Assembly: GCA_964016885.1 (NCBI GenBank)
Contig: CAXHJY010000868.1
Location: 55,227 to 119,226, forward strand
Direction of reading: 5' to 3'
Length of the DNA: 64,000 bases
Source: Eledone cirrhosa
Taxonomy: Eukaryota
In this document: positions 25,711-38,261 of the stretch, piece by piece
How positions within the stretch are numbered: the first letter of the stretch is position 1
Layout of the letters: every line of letters begins with the position of its first letter
Notes under the pieces: generated by a model
Seen by the model: only the letters and a program-made list of their open reading frames with translations
Databases searched by the model: none
Told to the model about the DNA's origin: nothing
Translations under genes and position numbers: made by a program

Positions 25711-27731
25711 CTAGCAGAAAAACTGCCCTTCGGGCGGTTTTCTGCTGGGATTTGTAGTGTGCATATTGGTGTTGTATATGTAAATTGACAATATCTTCTT
25801 CTTCACCCACTTATTTCTGAGAGGGGAGTGGGGGCAGAGTCCTTCTTAAACACTCAGTAGCAAACATCTATAACTGATGCAGCTGGATCCCAAAGCATGA
25901 CCAGCCAAGCTCATGGATGTTATCCAACTATCTTGCTCAGGGTATACCTCTGGGTCTCTTGACGGTTGGTTTTTGGAACCGTCTGGGTTGTCCTGAATTG
26001 ATGGGAAAAGACTTGACGGTCTTACTCTGTGCTTCTGGTGAAGAGGCAGGTGCCTTACCTGGGACATCACAGTTAGTGACTCTTTTGCTTCTTCCCACAT
26101 TCTGGATGCAGCGGTAAGGGCGAGAGCTACAGCAGCCGCAGCTAAACGGAACAAAATCCTAAAATACCGTGTTCTTTCAGCTAACTACTTTATCCAGCCC
26201 GTGGCGTTCGAGACGTTGGGGGAGTCGGGCTACTGACAGCGAGGTTCTTATCTTCACTGGCAGCTTGCCAAACAGAGGTAACTGGTGATGCTCGTGAGGG
26301 CACTTGGTTGTTCCAGCACCTTAGCCTCGCCATCACCCCAGGTAACACTGCAAGCGTGCTGGCTTGCCTAAAAAATTATTAGAGAGGTTTCCCAGTGCTT
26401 CTCGCTATATTACTATCTTTTGCTCTGGTAGCGGCTCATTTTTCCATTCTTTCACCTGCTTATTGTTCTGTGGCCTAAGATGTGAGTATTTTTTCTCTTT
26501 CTTTTTTTCCATTCCCTTTACTTTGTATATATTATATTTGTTAGTGTTTTCGTTCTATAACCATTATATTAAATGAGTTTTAAAAAAAAAAGTGTTAATA
26601 AATAAATAGAGTTAATAAATAAATAAAACATTATACTTGTTTTACCCTCCCATTTCCAATTTCACCAAACGCTATCATTACAGTATGTGTGTGTTTGTGT
26701 AAATGTATTTGTGTGAATGTATGTATGTTTGTGTGAAAGTATGTGTGAATGTATGTGTATTTGTGTGAATTATGTCTGTGAGAATATTTTTATAAGTTTG
26801 TGTTTGCGCGATTATAGTTATATACTCATACATATAGATGTATGTATGTGCACACTCATACGCGTCACCATGTAGAAAATCATAATGTCTCTATCTCTCT
26901 CATCACACACTCTCTCTTTCTATATATATGGTAGTTGAAGTGGTGGTGGCAGTGACGATATACCGGAAGTGCAACTTTGAAAAGAAGTCAATTTTAAATT
27001 ATTTGGATGTAAATATAATGTATTTTGCAATACACTTTATGCTTAATTAAAAGCATTTTGAAGACCGTAAGCTATTGTTTTAAAGTAGTGACAAATTCAC
27101 TCACTTCGATCTCAGCAAACAGGAGGAGATAAGCCGACATGACATGTTTCGCTTTTGATGCTTTTAATTAAGCATAAAGTGTATTGCAAAATACATTATA
27201 TTTACATCCATATATATATTGCTATTTCAGAGCTACAATTCTAATTTTTAATTTCTGCCTGACCAACAACCGCTCTGCATAATCAGCTCCTGATTATTTA
27301 CTAGATTTCTATAAGAATATAACATCATTAATCTCAGCAGACGGGCGGGGTAGTTGGCCTTGATAAGCTTCAACAAAAGCGAAACATGTCATGTCGGCTT
27401 ATCTCCTCCTGTTTGCTGAGATCGAAGTGAGTGAATTTGTCACTACTTTAAAACAATAGCTTACGGTCTTCAAAATGCTTTTAATTAAGCATAAAGTGTA
27501 TTGCAAAATACATTATATTTACATCCATATATATATTGCTATTTCAGAGCTACAATTCTAATTTTTAAATTATTTATTTTTATGAAATTATTTATGTTTA
27601 CGAAATTTAGTACATAAATTATGTAATATTCATTCATTATTTATTCAAAGTAATCCAATTTATTTTACTAACTGGATTAAAAGAAATAAACTGTATGCAG
27701 TCCCGCAGACCTTGCTTTATTATAGTTTAGA
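25711..27731 (-). mobile_element. Probable non-autonomous Helitron with nested retroelement fragments
   Basis: On -: A|TC 5' end at 27731; GCCCGAAGGGC hairpin ~11 nt before CTAG|T 3' end. Confidence 0.55.
25985..26600 (+). mobile_element. CRE-like retrotransposon 3' end (restriction-like endonuclease region, A-rich tail)
   Basis: DGKRLDGLT..W..GRCLTWDITVSD..K..KY..PVAFETLG. Confidence 0.7.
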
Positions 27732-30013
27732 TAGAGGATTGAGCGTTAAAGAGATATTTATTTATATCCTGGAAGTCAGAAGCATGTTGCTGCAAGTAAG
27801 AAGAAACAAACGCAGTGACTAAGGTATTTTTCTTATTATCGTTTGTAAAAACAAGATCCTTGGAAGATTTCAACTGGTAGTTATAAAAAGATATAAGTAA
27901 TATTTTAACTTCTCATCCTTCTTATAATGGATATTTTTCCACTTGAATTTGATTTGCAACAGAAAAGATGATATATTATATGACCTAGAGTTGGAAAGTT
28001 GAAATTTCCTAACAAATTCTTGGAATATTCAAAATATTGAAGCAAAATTACTGTAGGGAAATCACCAGGGTGGCCTTCTGTATAAAAAGTTATAGTCAGA
28101 GTGGATGGCAACATATTTAGGCACTACCATGCTATTAGCTGTCAGAAGTGAAAGTATTCTCAATCGTAAACATCGTTTATTTCCGTATTACCACGCATTA
28201 TTTTAATAAAGCATATCAATGTGTGGAGTTACTTAAATGAAAATATAGGTGGCCCTTAAAGAGGCCAAATTAGAAAACAAATTTAAGTTAATTAGAAAAC
28301 AAGTCATGGTTATCAAATAAATTTGATTTAATCATTTATATTTTCATAGTCATGGTTATCAATGTAGAAAACAAGTCATTTTCCCAACAGTGGAGTTACT
28401 TCTGACAGCTAATACCATGAACTTAAATGAAATTTCACCAATAGTGGAGTTACTTCTGACAGCTAATACTATGAACTTAAATGAATTTTCACCAATAGTG
28501 GAGTTACTTATGACAGCTAATACCATGAACTTAAATGAAATTTCACCAATAGTGGAGTTACTTCTGACAGCTAATACCATGAACTTAAATGAAATTTCAC
28601 CAATAGTGGAGTTACTTCTGACAGCTAATACCATGAACTTAAATGAAATTTCACCAATAGTGGAGTTACTTCTGACAGCTAATACCATGAACTTAAATGA
28701 ATTTTCACCAATAGTGGAGTTACTTCTGACAGCTAATACCATGAACTTAAATGAAATTTCACCAATAGTGGAGTTACTTCTGACAGCTAATACCATGAAC
28801 TTAAATGAAATTTCACCAATAGTGGAGTTACTTCTGACAGCTAATACCATGAACTTAAATGAAATTTCACCAATAGTGGAGTTACTTCTGACAGCTAATA
28901 CCATGAACTTAAATGAAATTTCACCAATAGTGGAGTTACTTCTGACAGCTAATACCATGAACTTAAATGAAATTTCACCAATAGTGGAGTTACTTCTGAC
29001 AGCTAATACCATGAACTTAAATGAAATTTCACCAATAGTGGAGTTACTTCTGACAGCTAATACCATGAACTTAAATGAAATTTCACCAATAGTGGAGTTA
29101 CTTCTGACAGCTAATACCATGAACTTAAATGAAATTTCACCAATAGTGGAGTTACTTCTGACAGCTAATACCATGAACTTAAATGAATTTTCCCAATAGT
29201 GGAGTTACTTCTGACAGCTAATACCATGAACTTAAATGAAATTTCACCAACAGTGGAGTTACTTCTGACAGCTAATACCATGAACTATATTTTCATAGTC
29301 ATGGTTATTAATGTAGAAAACAAGTCATTTTCACCGACAGTGGAGTTACTTCTGACAGCTAATACCATGAACTTAAATGAATTTTCACCAATAGTGGAGT
29401 TACTTCTGACAGCTAATACCATGAACTTAAATGAAATTTCACCAATAGTGGAGTTACTTCTGACAGCTAATACCATGAACTTAAATGAAATTTCACCAAT
29501 AGTGGAGTTACTTCTGACAGCTAATACCATGAACTTAAATGAAATTTCACCAATAGTGGAGTTACTTCTGACAGCTAATACCATGAACTTAAATGAATTT
29601 TCCCAATAGTGGAGTTACTTCTGACAGCTAATACCATGAACTTAAATGAAATTTCACCAACAGTGGAGTTACTTCTGACAGCTAATACCATGAACTATAT
29701 TTTCATAGTCATGGTTATTAATGTAGAAAACAAGTCATTTTCACCGACAGTGGAGTTACTTCTGACAGCTAATACCATGAACTTAAATGAATTTTCACCA
29801 ATAGTGGAGTTACTTCTGACAGCTAATACCATGAACTTAAATGAAATTTCACCAATAGTGGAGTTACTTCTGACAGCTAATACCATGAACTTAAATGAAT
29901 TTTCACCAATAGTGGAGTTACTTCTGACAGCTAATACCATGAACTTAAATGAAATTTCACCAATAGTGGAGTTACTTCTGACAGCTAATACCATGAACTA
30001 TATTTTCATAGTC

Positions 30014-33000
30014 ATCATCATCATCATCATCATCAGGTTTAGCGTCCGTGTTCCACGCTTGCATGGGTTTGGACGGGGGTTTTCCCACTTGAGGCAAGAG
30101 TGGTTGTCTTGCTCGCATAGGACTGTCTGGCGGGTTTTCTACAGTTGGATGCCCTTCCTAACATTTACAGTGTGGGGCTGGGAGGTTTTTACCGTGTTGC
30201 CTACACGGCCACATTACAGCGTGGACTGTCTGGCGGGTTTTCTACAGCTGGATGCCCTTCCTAACACCAACCACATTTACAGTGTGGGGCTGGGAGGTTT
30301 TTACCGTGTTGCCTACACGGCCACATTTACAGCGTGGACTGTGTGTTTTTTTGTCGTGACACCTACACGATCTCATTTGTTTCGGCCTGGATGTTGTGGG
30401 ACCAACATAACTGTACATTGAAAGGGGCGGTGTGGAGGTGGTGGGACGGGGGGGGGTGTTTTGATAGAGATGCCTACTGACTGTAGTAGGTTTTTACTTT
30501 GTATTTAGGTAAGGCGGGTCTTCTCTATTACTGAGTACCGCCAAAGGTCTCGGTCCAGTGACATTGTCTTGGAGAGGTGTAAGCGTGTGAGGTCGGAATT
30601 TATCAGCTCGTCCCATGTTTTTCTGGGTCTGCCTACTCCGTGGCTACCGTCTATCTTTATTGCCCTGCACTTTGTTATACAGCTGTCGTCTTTCATGCGC
30701 ATCACGTGACCGTACCAACGTAGCCTTCTCTCGAGTAAACAACATCTGATCCCTCTTATTTCTAATTTTTTCCTTAGTTCGTTTATGCTTTGCCGTTCAC
30801 GTATATTACTATTGCACATCCAGCGGAGCATGCAAGCTTCGTTCCTCTCTAGTCTGCGTATATCCTCTGCACACAATGCCCAGGTCTCACTGCCATGCAG
30901 CATTGCTGTTCGTATGCAGGCATCGTATAACCTGCCTTTCATTTTTAGGGAGAACCCTCTAGCGGCTAATAGTGGTATAAGCTCTCTGAACTTTTTCCAT
31001 CCAGTTCTGACTCTAGCTACTGTACTTTCAGAGCACCCTCCCCCACTGCTGATTTTGTCACCCAGGTAACGGAAGCTGTCCACTATTTCTATAGAACCCT
31101 CTGCGCAGTTGAAGGAGCTAGTATTTTGTGGGCACTTGCTGCTACTTATTGCACCAGAGCACCGGCCACATGTAAAATCTATGTTCTTAGTTAGCTTACC
31201 TGTGATCCCACTACATCTTTTATGCACCCATACTTTGCATTTGGGACATAAAATGGAGTTTCTACCTACGCCTTTCCTACACACTGAGCATGGCCATTTC
31301 CCAGATGGGACTGCCGCCATATTTTCTTTCCTACAAACTAGAACTTTTGTCTTAGCCAGGTTAATTTTAAGGCCTTTTGATTCTAGGCCGTGCTTCCATG
31401 TTTGGAATTTCTTCTCTAGTTCGGTCATTGATTCAGCTATGAGCGTTAGATCATCTGCGTATAGGAGTTCCCATGGGCAGCCGGTCTTGAACTCCTCTGT
31501 TATAGCCTGAAGGGCAATAATAAATAGTAGGGGGCTAAGAACAGAGCCCTGATGGACACCAACTTTTACGCTAAACTCTTCACTATATTCGTTGTTAATT
31601 CTAACCTTACTGACTGTTTCTTTATACATGGCTTGTATAGCTCTCACAAGCCATTCGTCAACACCTAGTTTTCTAAGAGACCACCAGATAATGGAACGGG
31701 GGACTCTGTCGAAGGCTTTCTCCAAGTCGACGAAAGCTAAGTATAGGGGTTTACTTTTAGCTAGGTACTTCTCCTGTAGTTGTCGTACAATGAAAAGAGC
31801 GTCTGTTGTACTTTTGCCTGACACAAACCCGAACTGCATTTCATTTAGATCAATTCTCTCTCTGATTAGTTGCGCTATTACTTTTTCCGTGACCTTCATG
31901 ACCTGGTCGATTAATTTAATGCCTCTATAGTTACTCCTATCTAGGGCATCTCCTTTTCCCTTATAGCAGTTAACGATGATGCTGCTACGCCAGTCCTTCG
32001 GAACAACCCCATTCTGTACGACTTGGTTAACTATCCGGGTGACCATGGTGTGTCCCACCGAACCAGATGCCTTCAGCATCTCAGCAACTATTTCCGAAGG
32101 ACCAGCCGCCTTACCCGTCTTCATATCTTTGATTGCCTTGCTTATTGTACTACCCTGGATTAACACTGCTGGTCCCTCTATTGGGTCGATGTGGGGGAGA
32201 CTGTCTTTCTCCCATTTGTTCTCCTCATTTAGAAGCCTTTCGTAGTGACACTTCCAAGCTACCTTCTTATCAGTGTCGGTGATGGCAAGTATGCCATCAT
32301 CGTTAAGCACACACTTCTCCCCGACAATATCACGGTTTTCCTTGACACATTGCCTGGCAATCCTGAACACCTCACGTTTTTGGTCCTCACGTTGTAGAAC
32401 ATGCTTGAACTTTCTTTCCTCTGCTTCCCTTCTTGCGAAGTACACTTGTCTCCTAGCTTCCCTCCTGGCTACCTGATAGTCTTCTCTACTTCCCCCATCC
32501 CGCCATGCTTTCCAAGCCTGCTTTTTGGCCTTAATTGACTCCTCCACCTTACTGTTCCACCACCATGTTACTCTCCTCCTACCTACAGGCCTGCTCCAGC
32601 CACAGACTTCGTCTGCCGCCGTCAGCAGGTTTGCTCTCAGGAATTCCCACTGTTCCTCTATATTATACGACTCTAATTGCTCTTCCTTACTGTCGAAAGC
32701 GTCAAGTAATATGCTTTGAAATTTATTTCTGGCTATGGGGTCCTTTAGCTTCCATATTTTTCTCCTGAGGATAGTCCTCTTCCGCTGTCTAGTACGTCTC
32801 GTCCTGACTATGAGGTCGCTAATTATCAGTCTATGTTGGGAGGTGAATTCTTCATGGGGGAGGGATTTAGTGTTAACAACAGACACTCTGTCACGTCTTC
32901 TGGTAAGGATATAATCTACCTGGCTTGTGTGTTCCCCCGATCTATAGGTGATCAAGTGATTGTCTCGTTTTTTGAAGTTAGTGTTACAGATAGTTAAGTT

Positions 33001-33810
33001 ATTTGCGTCGCAGAATTCCAGGATTCTGGAGCCTTCCTCATTTCTAGTACCGAACCCATAGCCTCCATGGATTCCGTCATAGCCATCACAATGCTGTCCA
33101 ACGTGACCATTTAGGTCGCCTGCAATAACTATATAGTCACTGTCGGTTATTTGGGAGGTAGCGAGCATCAGTGTCTCATAGAAACTGTCTTTTATAGCAC
33201 CGGGCAGTCCGGATTGTGGTGCGTACGCAGATATTACTGTCACCGTAGTTTTATTGAGGACAAGTCTTATTTTAAGGACAAGTTTTATTCTGTCGTTCAC
33301 TCTATTTACGTCTATTATCTTATCTGCCCACTTTTCTGCTACCATGATTCCTACCCCACCCAACCCATTGTCATTTCCCACCCAGAAAAGCTTATAGCAT
33401 CGTTCTTTACCCACGATGAATCTAGCCGACCCTCCCCTCCACCTGGTCTCTTGAATACAACAAACATCGACCTCCTTACGTTCAAGCATTTCTACAACCT
33501 CGTTAGAGCGACCCTTTAAGGTGCCTACATTCATGGTACCAACTCTGAAGTTTTGGATTGCGTTTGGAGGGTGGGAGGGGTGGGACGCGGGGGGGGGGAT
33601 GGGGTTATGTTAGCCATCCTGGGCCGAATCAAGGCGGAGTGCTTGCATTCTCGTCCACGAGGTGAATTTGTCTTTATCTTTGGCATTGTCGCTGAGCGTC
33701 CACATTTTTCTCTCTTCAACTCTCCAGAATTCCGTAGTCCATCCATCATATCGAAAAGCAACCAGTTAGGCGATAGTATGGGCCTCTGACTTATGATTGG
33801 TCCACGTAAT
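30014..33810 (-). mobile_element. Apparently intact RTE-clade LINE
   Basis: ~3.8 kb; single long ORF; 3'UTR ending in a (GAT)n tail; inserted within a minisatellite unit. Confidence 0.93.
30505..33534 (-). CDS. LINE ORF: APE endonuclease, reverse transcriptase and PHD-type zinc finger (1009 aa)
   Basis: MNVGTL, QET, SAYAP, GDLNGH, VDYIL, SQHR (APE); FVDLEKAFD, GVHQGSVLSP, YADD (RT); C4HC3 finger. Confidence 0.95.
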   Translation of the reverse strand: MNVGTLKGRSNEVVEMLERKEVDVCCIQETRWRGGSARFIVGKERCYKLFWVGNDNGLGGVGIMVAEKWADKIIDVNRVNDRIKLVLKIRLVLNKTTVTVISAYAPQSGLPGAIKDSFYETLMLATSQITDSDYIVIAGDLNGHVGQHCDGYDGIHGGYGFGTRNEEGSRILEFCDANNLTICNTNFKKRDNHLITYRSGEHTSQVDYILTRRRDRVSVVNTKSLPHEEFTSQHRLIISDLIVRTRRTRQRKRTILRRKIWKLKDPIARNKFQSILLDAFDSKEEQLESYNIEEQWEFLRANLLTAADEVCGWSRPVGRRRVTWWWNSKVEESIKAKKQAWKAWRDGGSREDYQVARREARRQVYFARREAEERKFKHVLQREDQKREVFRIARQCVKENRDIVGEKCVLNDDGILAITDTDKKVAWKCHYERLLNEENKWEKDSLPHIDPIEGPAVLIQGSTISKAIKDMKTGKAAGPSEIVAEMLKASGSVGHTMVTRIVNQVVQNGVVPKDWRSSIIVNCYKGKGDALDRSNYRGIKLIDQVMKVTEKVIAQLIRERIDLNEMQFGFVSGKSTTDALFIVRQLQEKYLAKSKPLYLAFVDLEKAFDRVPRSIIWWSLRKLGVDEWLVRAIQAMYKETVSKVRINNEYSEEFSVKVGVHQGSVLSPLLFIIALQAITEEFKTGCPWELLYADDLTLIAESMTELEKKFQTWKHGLESKGLKINLAKTKVLVCRKENMAAVPSGKWPCSVCRKGVGRNSILCPKCKVWVHKRCSGITGKLTKNIDFTCGRCSGAISSSKCPQNTSSFNCAEGSIEIVDSFRYLGDKISSGGGCSESTVARVRTGWKKFRELIPLLAARGFSLKMKGRLYDACIRTAMLHGSETWALCAEDIRRLERNEACMLRWMCNSNIRERQSINELRKKLEIRGIRCCLLERRLRWYGHVMRMKDDSCITKCRAIKIDGSHGVGRPRKTWDELINSDLTRLHLSKTMSLDRDLWRYSVIEKTRLT

Positions 33811-36800
33811 AATGGTTATTAATGTAGAAAACAAGTCATTTTCACTGACAGTGGAGTTACAGTACTTCTGACAGCTAATACCATGAACTTAAATGAATTT
33901 TCACCAATAGTGGAGTTACTTCTGACAGCTAATACCATGAACTATATTTTCATAGTCATGGTTATTAATGGAGAAAACAAGTCATTTTCACTGACAGTGG
34001 AGTTACAGTACTTCTGACAGCTAATACCATGAACTTAAATGAATTTTCACCAATAGTGGAGTTACATCTGACAGCTAATACCATGAACTTAAATGAATTT
34101 TCACCAATAGTGGAGTTACTTCTGACAGCTAATACCATGAACTTAAATGAAATTTCACCAATAGTGGAGTTACTTCTGACAGCTAATACCATGAACTTAA
34201 ATGAATTTTCACCAATAGTGGAGTTACTTCTGACAGCTAATACCATGAACTTAAATGAAATTTCACCAATAGTGGACTTACTTCTGACAGCTAATACCAT
34301 GAACTTAAATGAAATTTCACCAATAGTGGAGTTACTTCTGACAGCTAATACCATGAACTTAAATGAAATTTCACCAATAGTGGAGTTACTTCTGACAGCT
34401 AATACCATGAACTTAAATGAAATTTCACCAATAGTGGAGTTACTTCTGACAGCTAATACCATGAACTTAAATGAAATCTCACCAATAGTGGAGTTACTTC
34501 TGACAGCTAATACCATGAACTTAAATGAAATTTCACCAACAGTGGAGTTACTTCTGACAGCTAATACCATGAACTATATTTTCATAGTCATGGTTATTAA
34601 TGTAGAAAACAAGTCATTTCACCAACAGGGGAGTTACTTCTGACAGCTAATACCATGAACTGTATTTTCATAGTCATGGTTATTAATGTAGAAAACAAGT
34701 CATTTCACCAACAGTGGAGTTACTTCTGACAGCTAATACCATGAACTATATTTTCATAATCATGGTTATCAATGTAGAAAACAAGTCATTTTCACCAACA
34801 GTGGAGTTACTTCTGACAGCTAATACCATGAACTTAAATGAAATTTCACCAATAGTGGACTTACTTCTGACAGCTAATACCATGAACTTAAATGAAATTT
34901 CACCAATAGTGGAGTTACTTCTGACAGCTAATACCATGAACTTAAATGAAATTTCACCAATAGTGGAGTTACTTCTGACAGCTAATACCATGAACTTAAA
35001 TGAAATTTCACCAATAGTGGAGTTACTTCTGACAGCTAATACCATGAACTTAAATGAATTTTCACCAATAGTGGAGTTACTTATGACAGCTAATACCATG
35101 AACTTAAATGAAATTTCACCAATAGTGGAGTTACTTCTGACAGCTAATACCATGAACTTAAATGAAATTTCACCAACAGTGGAGTTACTTCTGACAGCTA
35201 ATACCATGAACTATATTTTCATAATCATGGTTATCAATGTAGAAAACAAGTCATTTTCACCAACAGTGGAGTTACTTCTGACAGCTAATACCATGAACTG
35301 TATTTTCATAATCATGGTTATCAATGTAGAAAACAAGTCATTTTCACCAACAGTGGAGTTACTTCTGACAGCTAATACCATGAACTATATTTTCATAATC
35401 ATGGTTATCAATGTAGAAAACAAGTCATTTTCACCAACAGTGGAGTTACTTCTGACAGCTAATACCATGAACTTAAATGAATTTTCACCAATAGTGGAGT
35501 TACTTCTGACAGCTAATACCATGAACTTAAATGAAATTTCACCAACAGTGGAGTTACTTCTGACAGCTAATACCATGAACTTAAATGAATTTTCACCAAC
35601 AGTGGAGTTACTTCTGACAGCTAATACCATGAACTTAAATGAATTTTCACCAACAGTGGAGTTACTTCTGACAGCTAATACCATGAACTTAAATGAATTT
35701 TCACCAACAGTGGAGTTACTTCTGACAGCTAATACCATGAACTTAAATGAAATTTCACCAATAGTGGAGTTACTTCTGACAGCTAATACCATGAACTTAA
35801 ATGAAATTTCACCAACAGTGGAGTTACTTCTGACAGCTAATACCATGAACTTAAATGAATTTTCACCAACAGTGGAGTTACTTCTGACAGCTAATACCAT
35901 GAACTTAAATGAATTTTCACCAACAGTGGAGTTACTTCTGACAGCTAATACCATGAACTTAAATGAATTTTCACCAACAGTGGAGTTACTTCTGACAGCT
36001 AATACCATGAACTTAAATGAATTTTCACCAACAGTGGAGTTACTTCTGACAGCTAATACCATGAACTTAAATGAATTTTCACCAACAGTGGAGTTACTTC
36101 TGACAGCTAATACCATGAACTTAAATGAATTTTCACCAACAGTGGAGTTACTTCTGACAGCTAATACCATGAACTTAAATGAATTTTCACCAACAGTGGA
36201 GTTACTTCTGACAGCTAATACCATGAACTTAAATGAAATTTCACCAATAGTGGAGTTACTTCTGACAGCTAATACCATGAACTTAAATGAAATTTCACCA
36301 ACAGTGGAGTTACTTCTGACAGCTAATACCATGAACTATATTTTCATAATCATGGTTATCAATGTAGAAAACAAGTCATTTTCACCAACAGTGGAGTTAC
36401 TTCTGACAGCTAATACCATGAACTGTATTTTCATAATCATGGTTATCAATGTAGAAAACAAGTCATTTTCACCAACAGTGGAGTTACTTCTGACAGCTAA
36501 TACCATGAACTATATTTTCATAATCATGGTTATCAATGTAGAAAACAAGTCATTTTCACCAACAGTGGAGTTACTTCTGACAGCTAATACCATGAACTTA
36601 AATGAAATTTCACCAATAGTGGAGTTACTTCTGACAGCTAATACCATGAACTTAAATGAAATTTCACCAACAGTGGAGTTACTTCTGACAGCTAATACCA
36701 TGAACTATATTTTCATAATCATGGTTATCAATGTAGAAAACAAGTCATTTTCACCAACAGTGGAGTTACTTCTGACAGCTAATACCATGAACTTAAATGA

Positions 36801-38261
36801 AATTTCACCAACAGTGGAGTTACTTCTGACAGCTAATACCATGAACTTAAATGAAATTTCACCAACAGTGGACTTACTTCTGACAGCTAATACCATGAAC
36901 TTAAATGAAATTTCACCAATAGTGGAGTTACTTCTGACAGCTAATACCATGAACTTAAATGAAATTTCACCAATAGTGGAGTTACTTCTGACAGCTAATA
37001 CCATGAACTTAAATGAAATTTCACCAATAGTGGAGTTACTTCTGACAGCTAATACCATGAACTTAAATGAAATCTCACCAATAGTGGAGTTACTTCTGAC
37101 AGCTAATACCATGAACTTAAATGAAATTTCACCAACAGTGGAGTTACTTCTGACAGCTAATACCATGAACTATATTTTCATAGTCATGGTTATTAATGTA
37201 GAAAACAAGTCATTTCACCAACAGTGGAGTTACTTCTGACAGCTAATACCATGAACTATATTTTCATAATCATGGTTATCAATGTAGAAAACAAGTCATT
37301 TTCACCAACAGTGGAGTTACTTCTGACAGCTAATACCATGAACTTAAATGAAATTTCACCAACAGTGGAGTTACTTCTGACAGCTAATACCATGAACTTA
37401 AATGAATTTTCACCAATAGTGGAGTTACTTCTGACAGCTAATACCATGAACTTAAATGAAATTTCACCAACAGTGGAGTTACTTCTGACAGCTAATACCA
37501 TGAACTATATTTTCATAGTCATGGTTATCAATGTAGAAAACAAGTCATTTCACCAACAGGGGAGTTAACTTAAATGAAAATATAGGTGGCCCTTAAAAGG
37601 GCCAAATTAGAAAACAAATATATGGTTATCAAACTTTTTTCACCAACCCTGAACATTTATGAAGAAATGTTTAGAAAACAAATTTTGTTCACCAACCTTA
37701 TTCAAAAGCATGGATACAGTCCACATGGAGACAAGAGACAGTCCCCATGGTATTAGCTGTCAGAAGTAATTCCATTGTTGGGAAAATGACTTGTTTTCTA
37801 CATTGATAACCATGACTATGAAAATATAAATGATTAAATCAAATTTATTTAATAACCATGACTTGTTTTCTAATTAACTTAAATTTGTTTTCTACATTTT
37901 CTAATTAACTTAAATTTGTTTTCTATTTGACAGCTAATAGCATGGTAGTGCCCATATTTAATATATATTTTTACTAGTACTTGCCAGGTCTTAGATGACT
38001 GATATAAAATATTTAATATTTATGGTAAGCGTGGCAATATTAGGGTTAGGCGTTTCCAGGGCTGCTTTTGGCATCGAAAAGATAAACAAGAAAGACTAGA
38101 GCGCTAATATATTTCAAAGTTGTCTCCCAGTTCCTAGTGGGTCTTAATTTCTATAGTAACTTCCCAGGAAATAATCCTTTATTATAGAAATTGTTTATGA
38201 TATGAAGACACCTTGTTTAAAAATGAAACTTCTAAACAATAAATATTTTTACCATTCTGGA

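Larger units (their letters stand above)
28370..37567. repeat. 54-bp/87-bp minisatellite, split by a LINE at ~30014-33810
   Basis: Unit gtggagttacttctgacagctaataccatgaacttaaatgaaatttcaccaata plus an 87-bp variant. Confidence 0.97.
28120..37952. mobile_element. Non-autonomous TIR DNA transposon (Merlin-like or foldback), ~9.8 kb including nested LINE
   Basis: 25-bp perfect TIR ggcactaccatgctattagctgtca / tgacagctaatagcatggtagtgcc; 8-bp TSD catattta at 28112-28119 and 37953-37960; subterminal inverted homology. Confidence 0.85.

Noticed and set aside
30785-33519. Several + strand ORFs overlapping the LINE ORF
   Set aside because: Antisense shadows of the RT coding sequence with no independent motifs.
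28359-37568. Long repetitive ORFs (up to 841 aa, ELLLTANTMNLNEISPIV) on both strands
   Set aside because: By-product of stop-free 54/87-bp units (multiples of 3); frameshifts occur freely in the array and it lies inside a TIR element in an intron.
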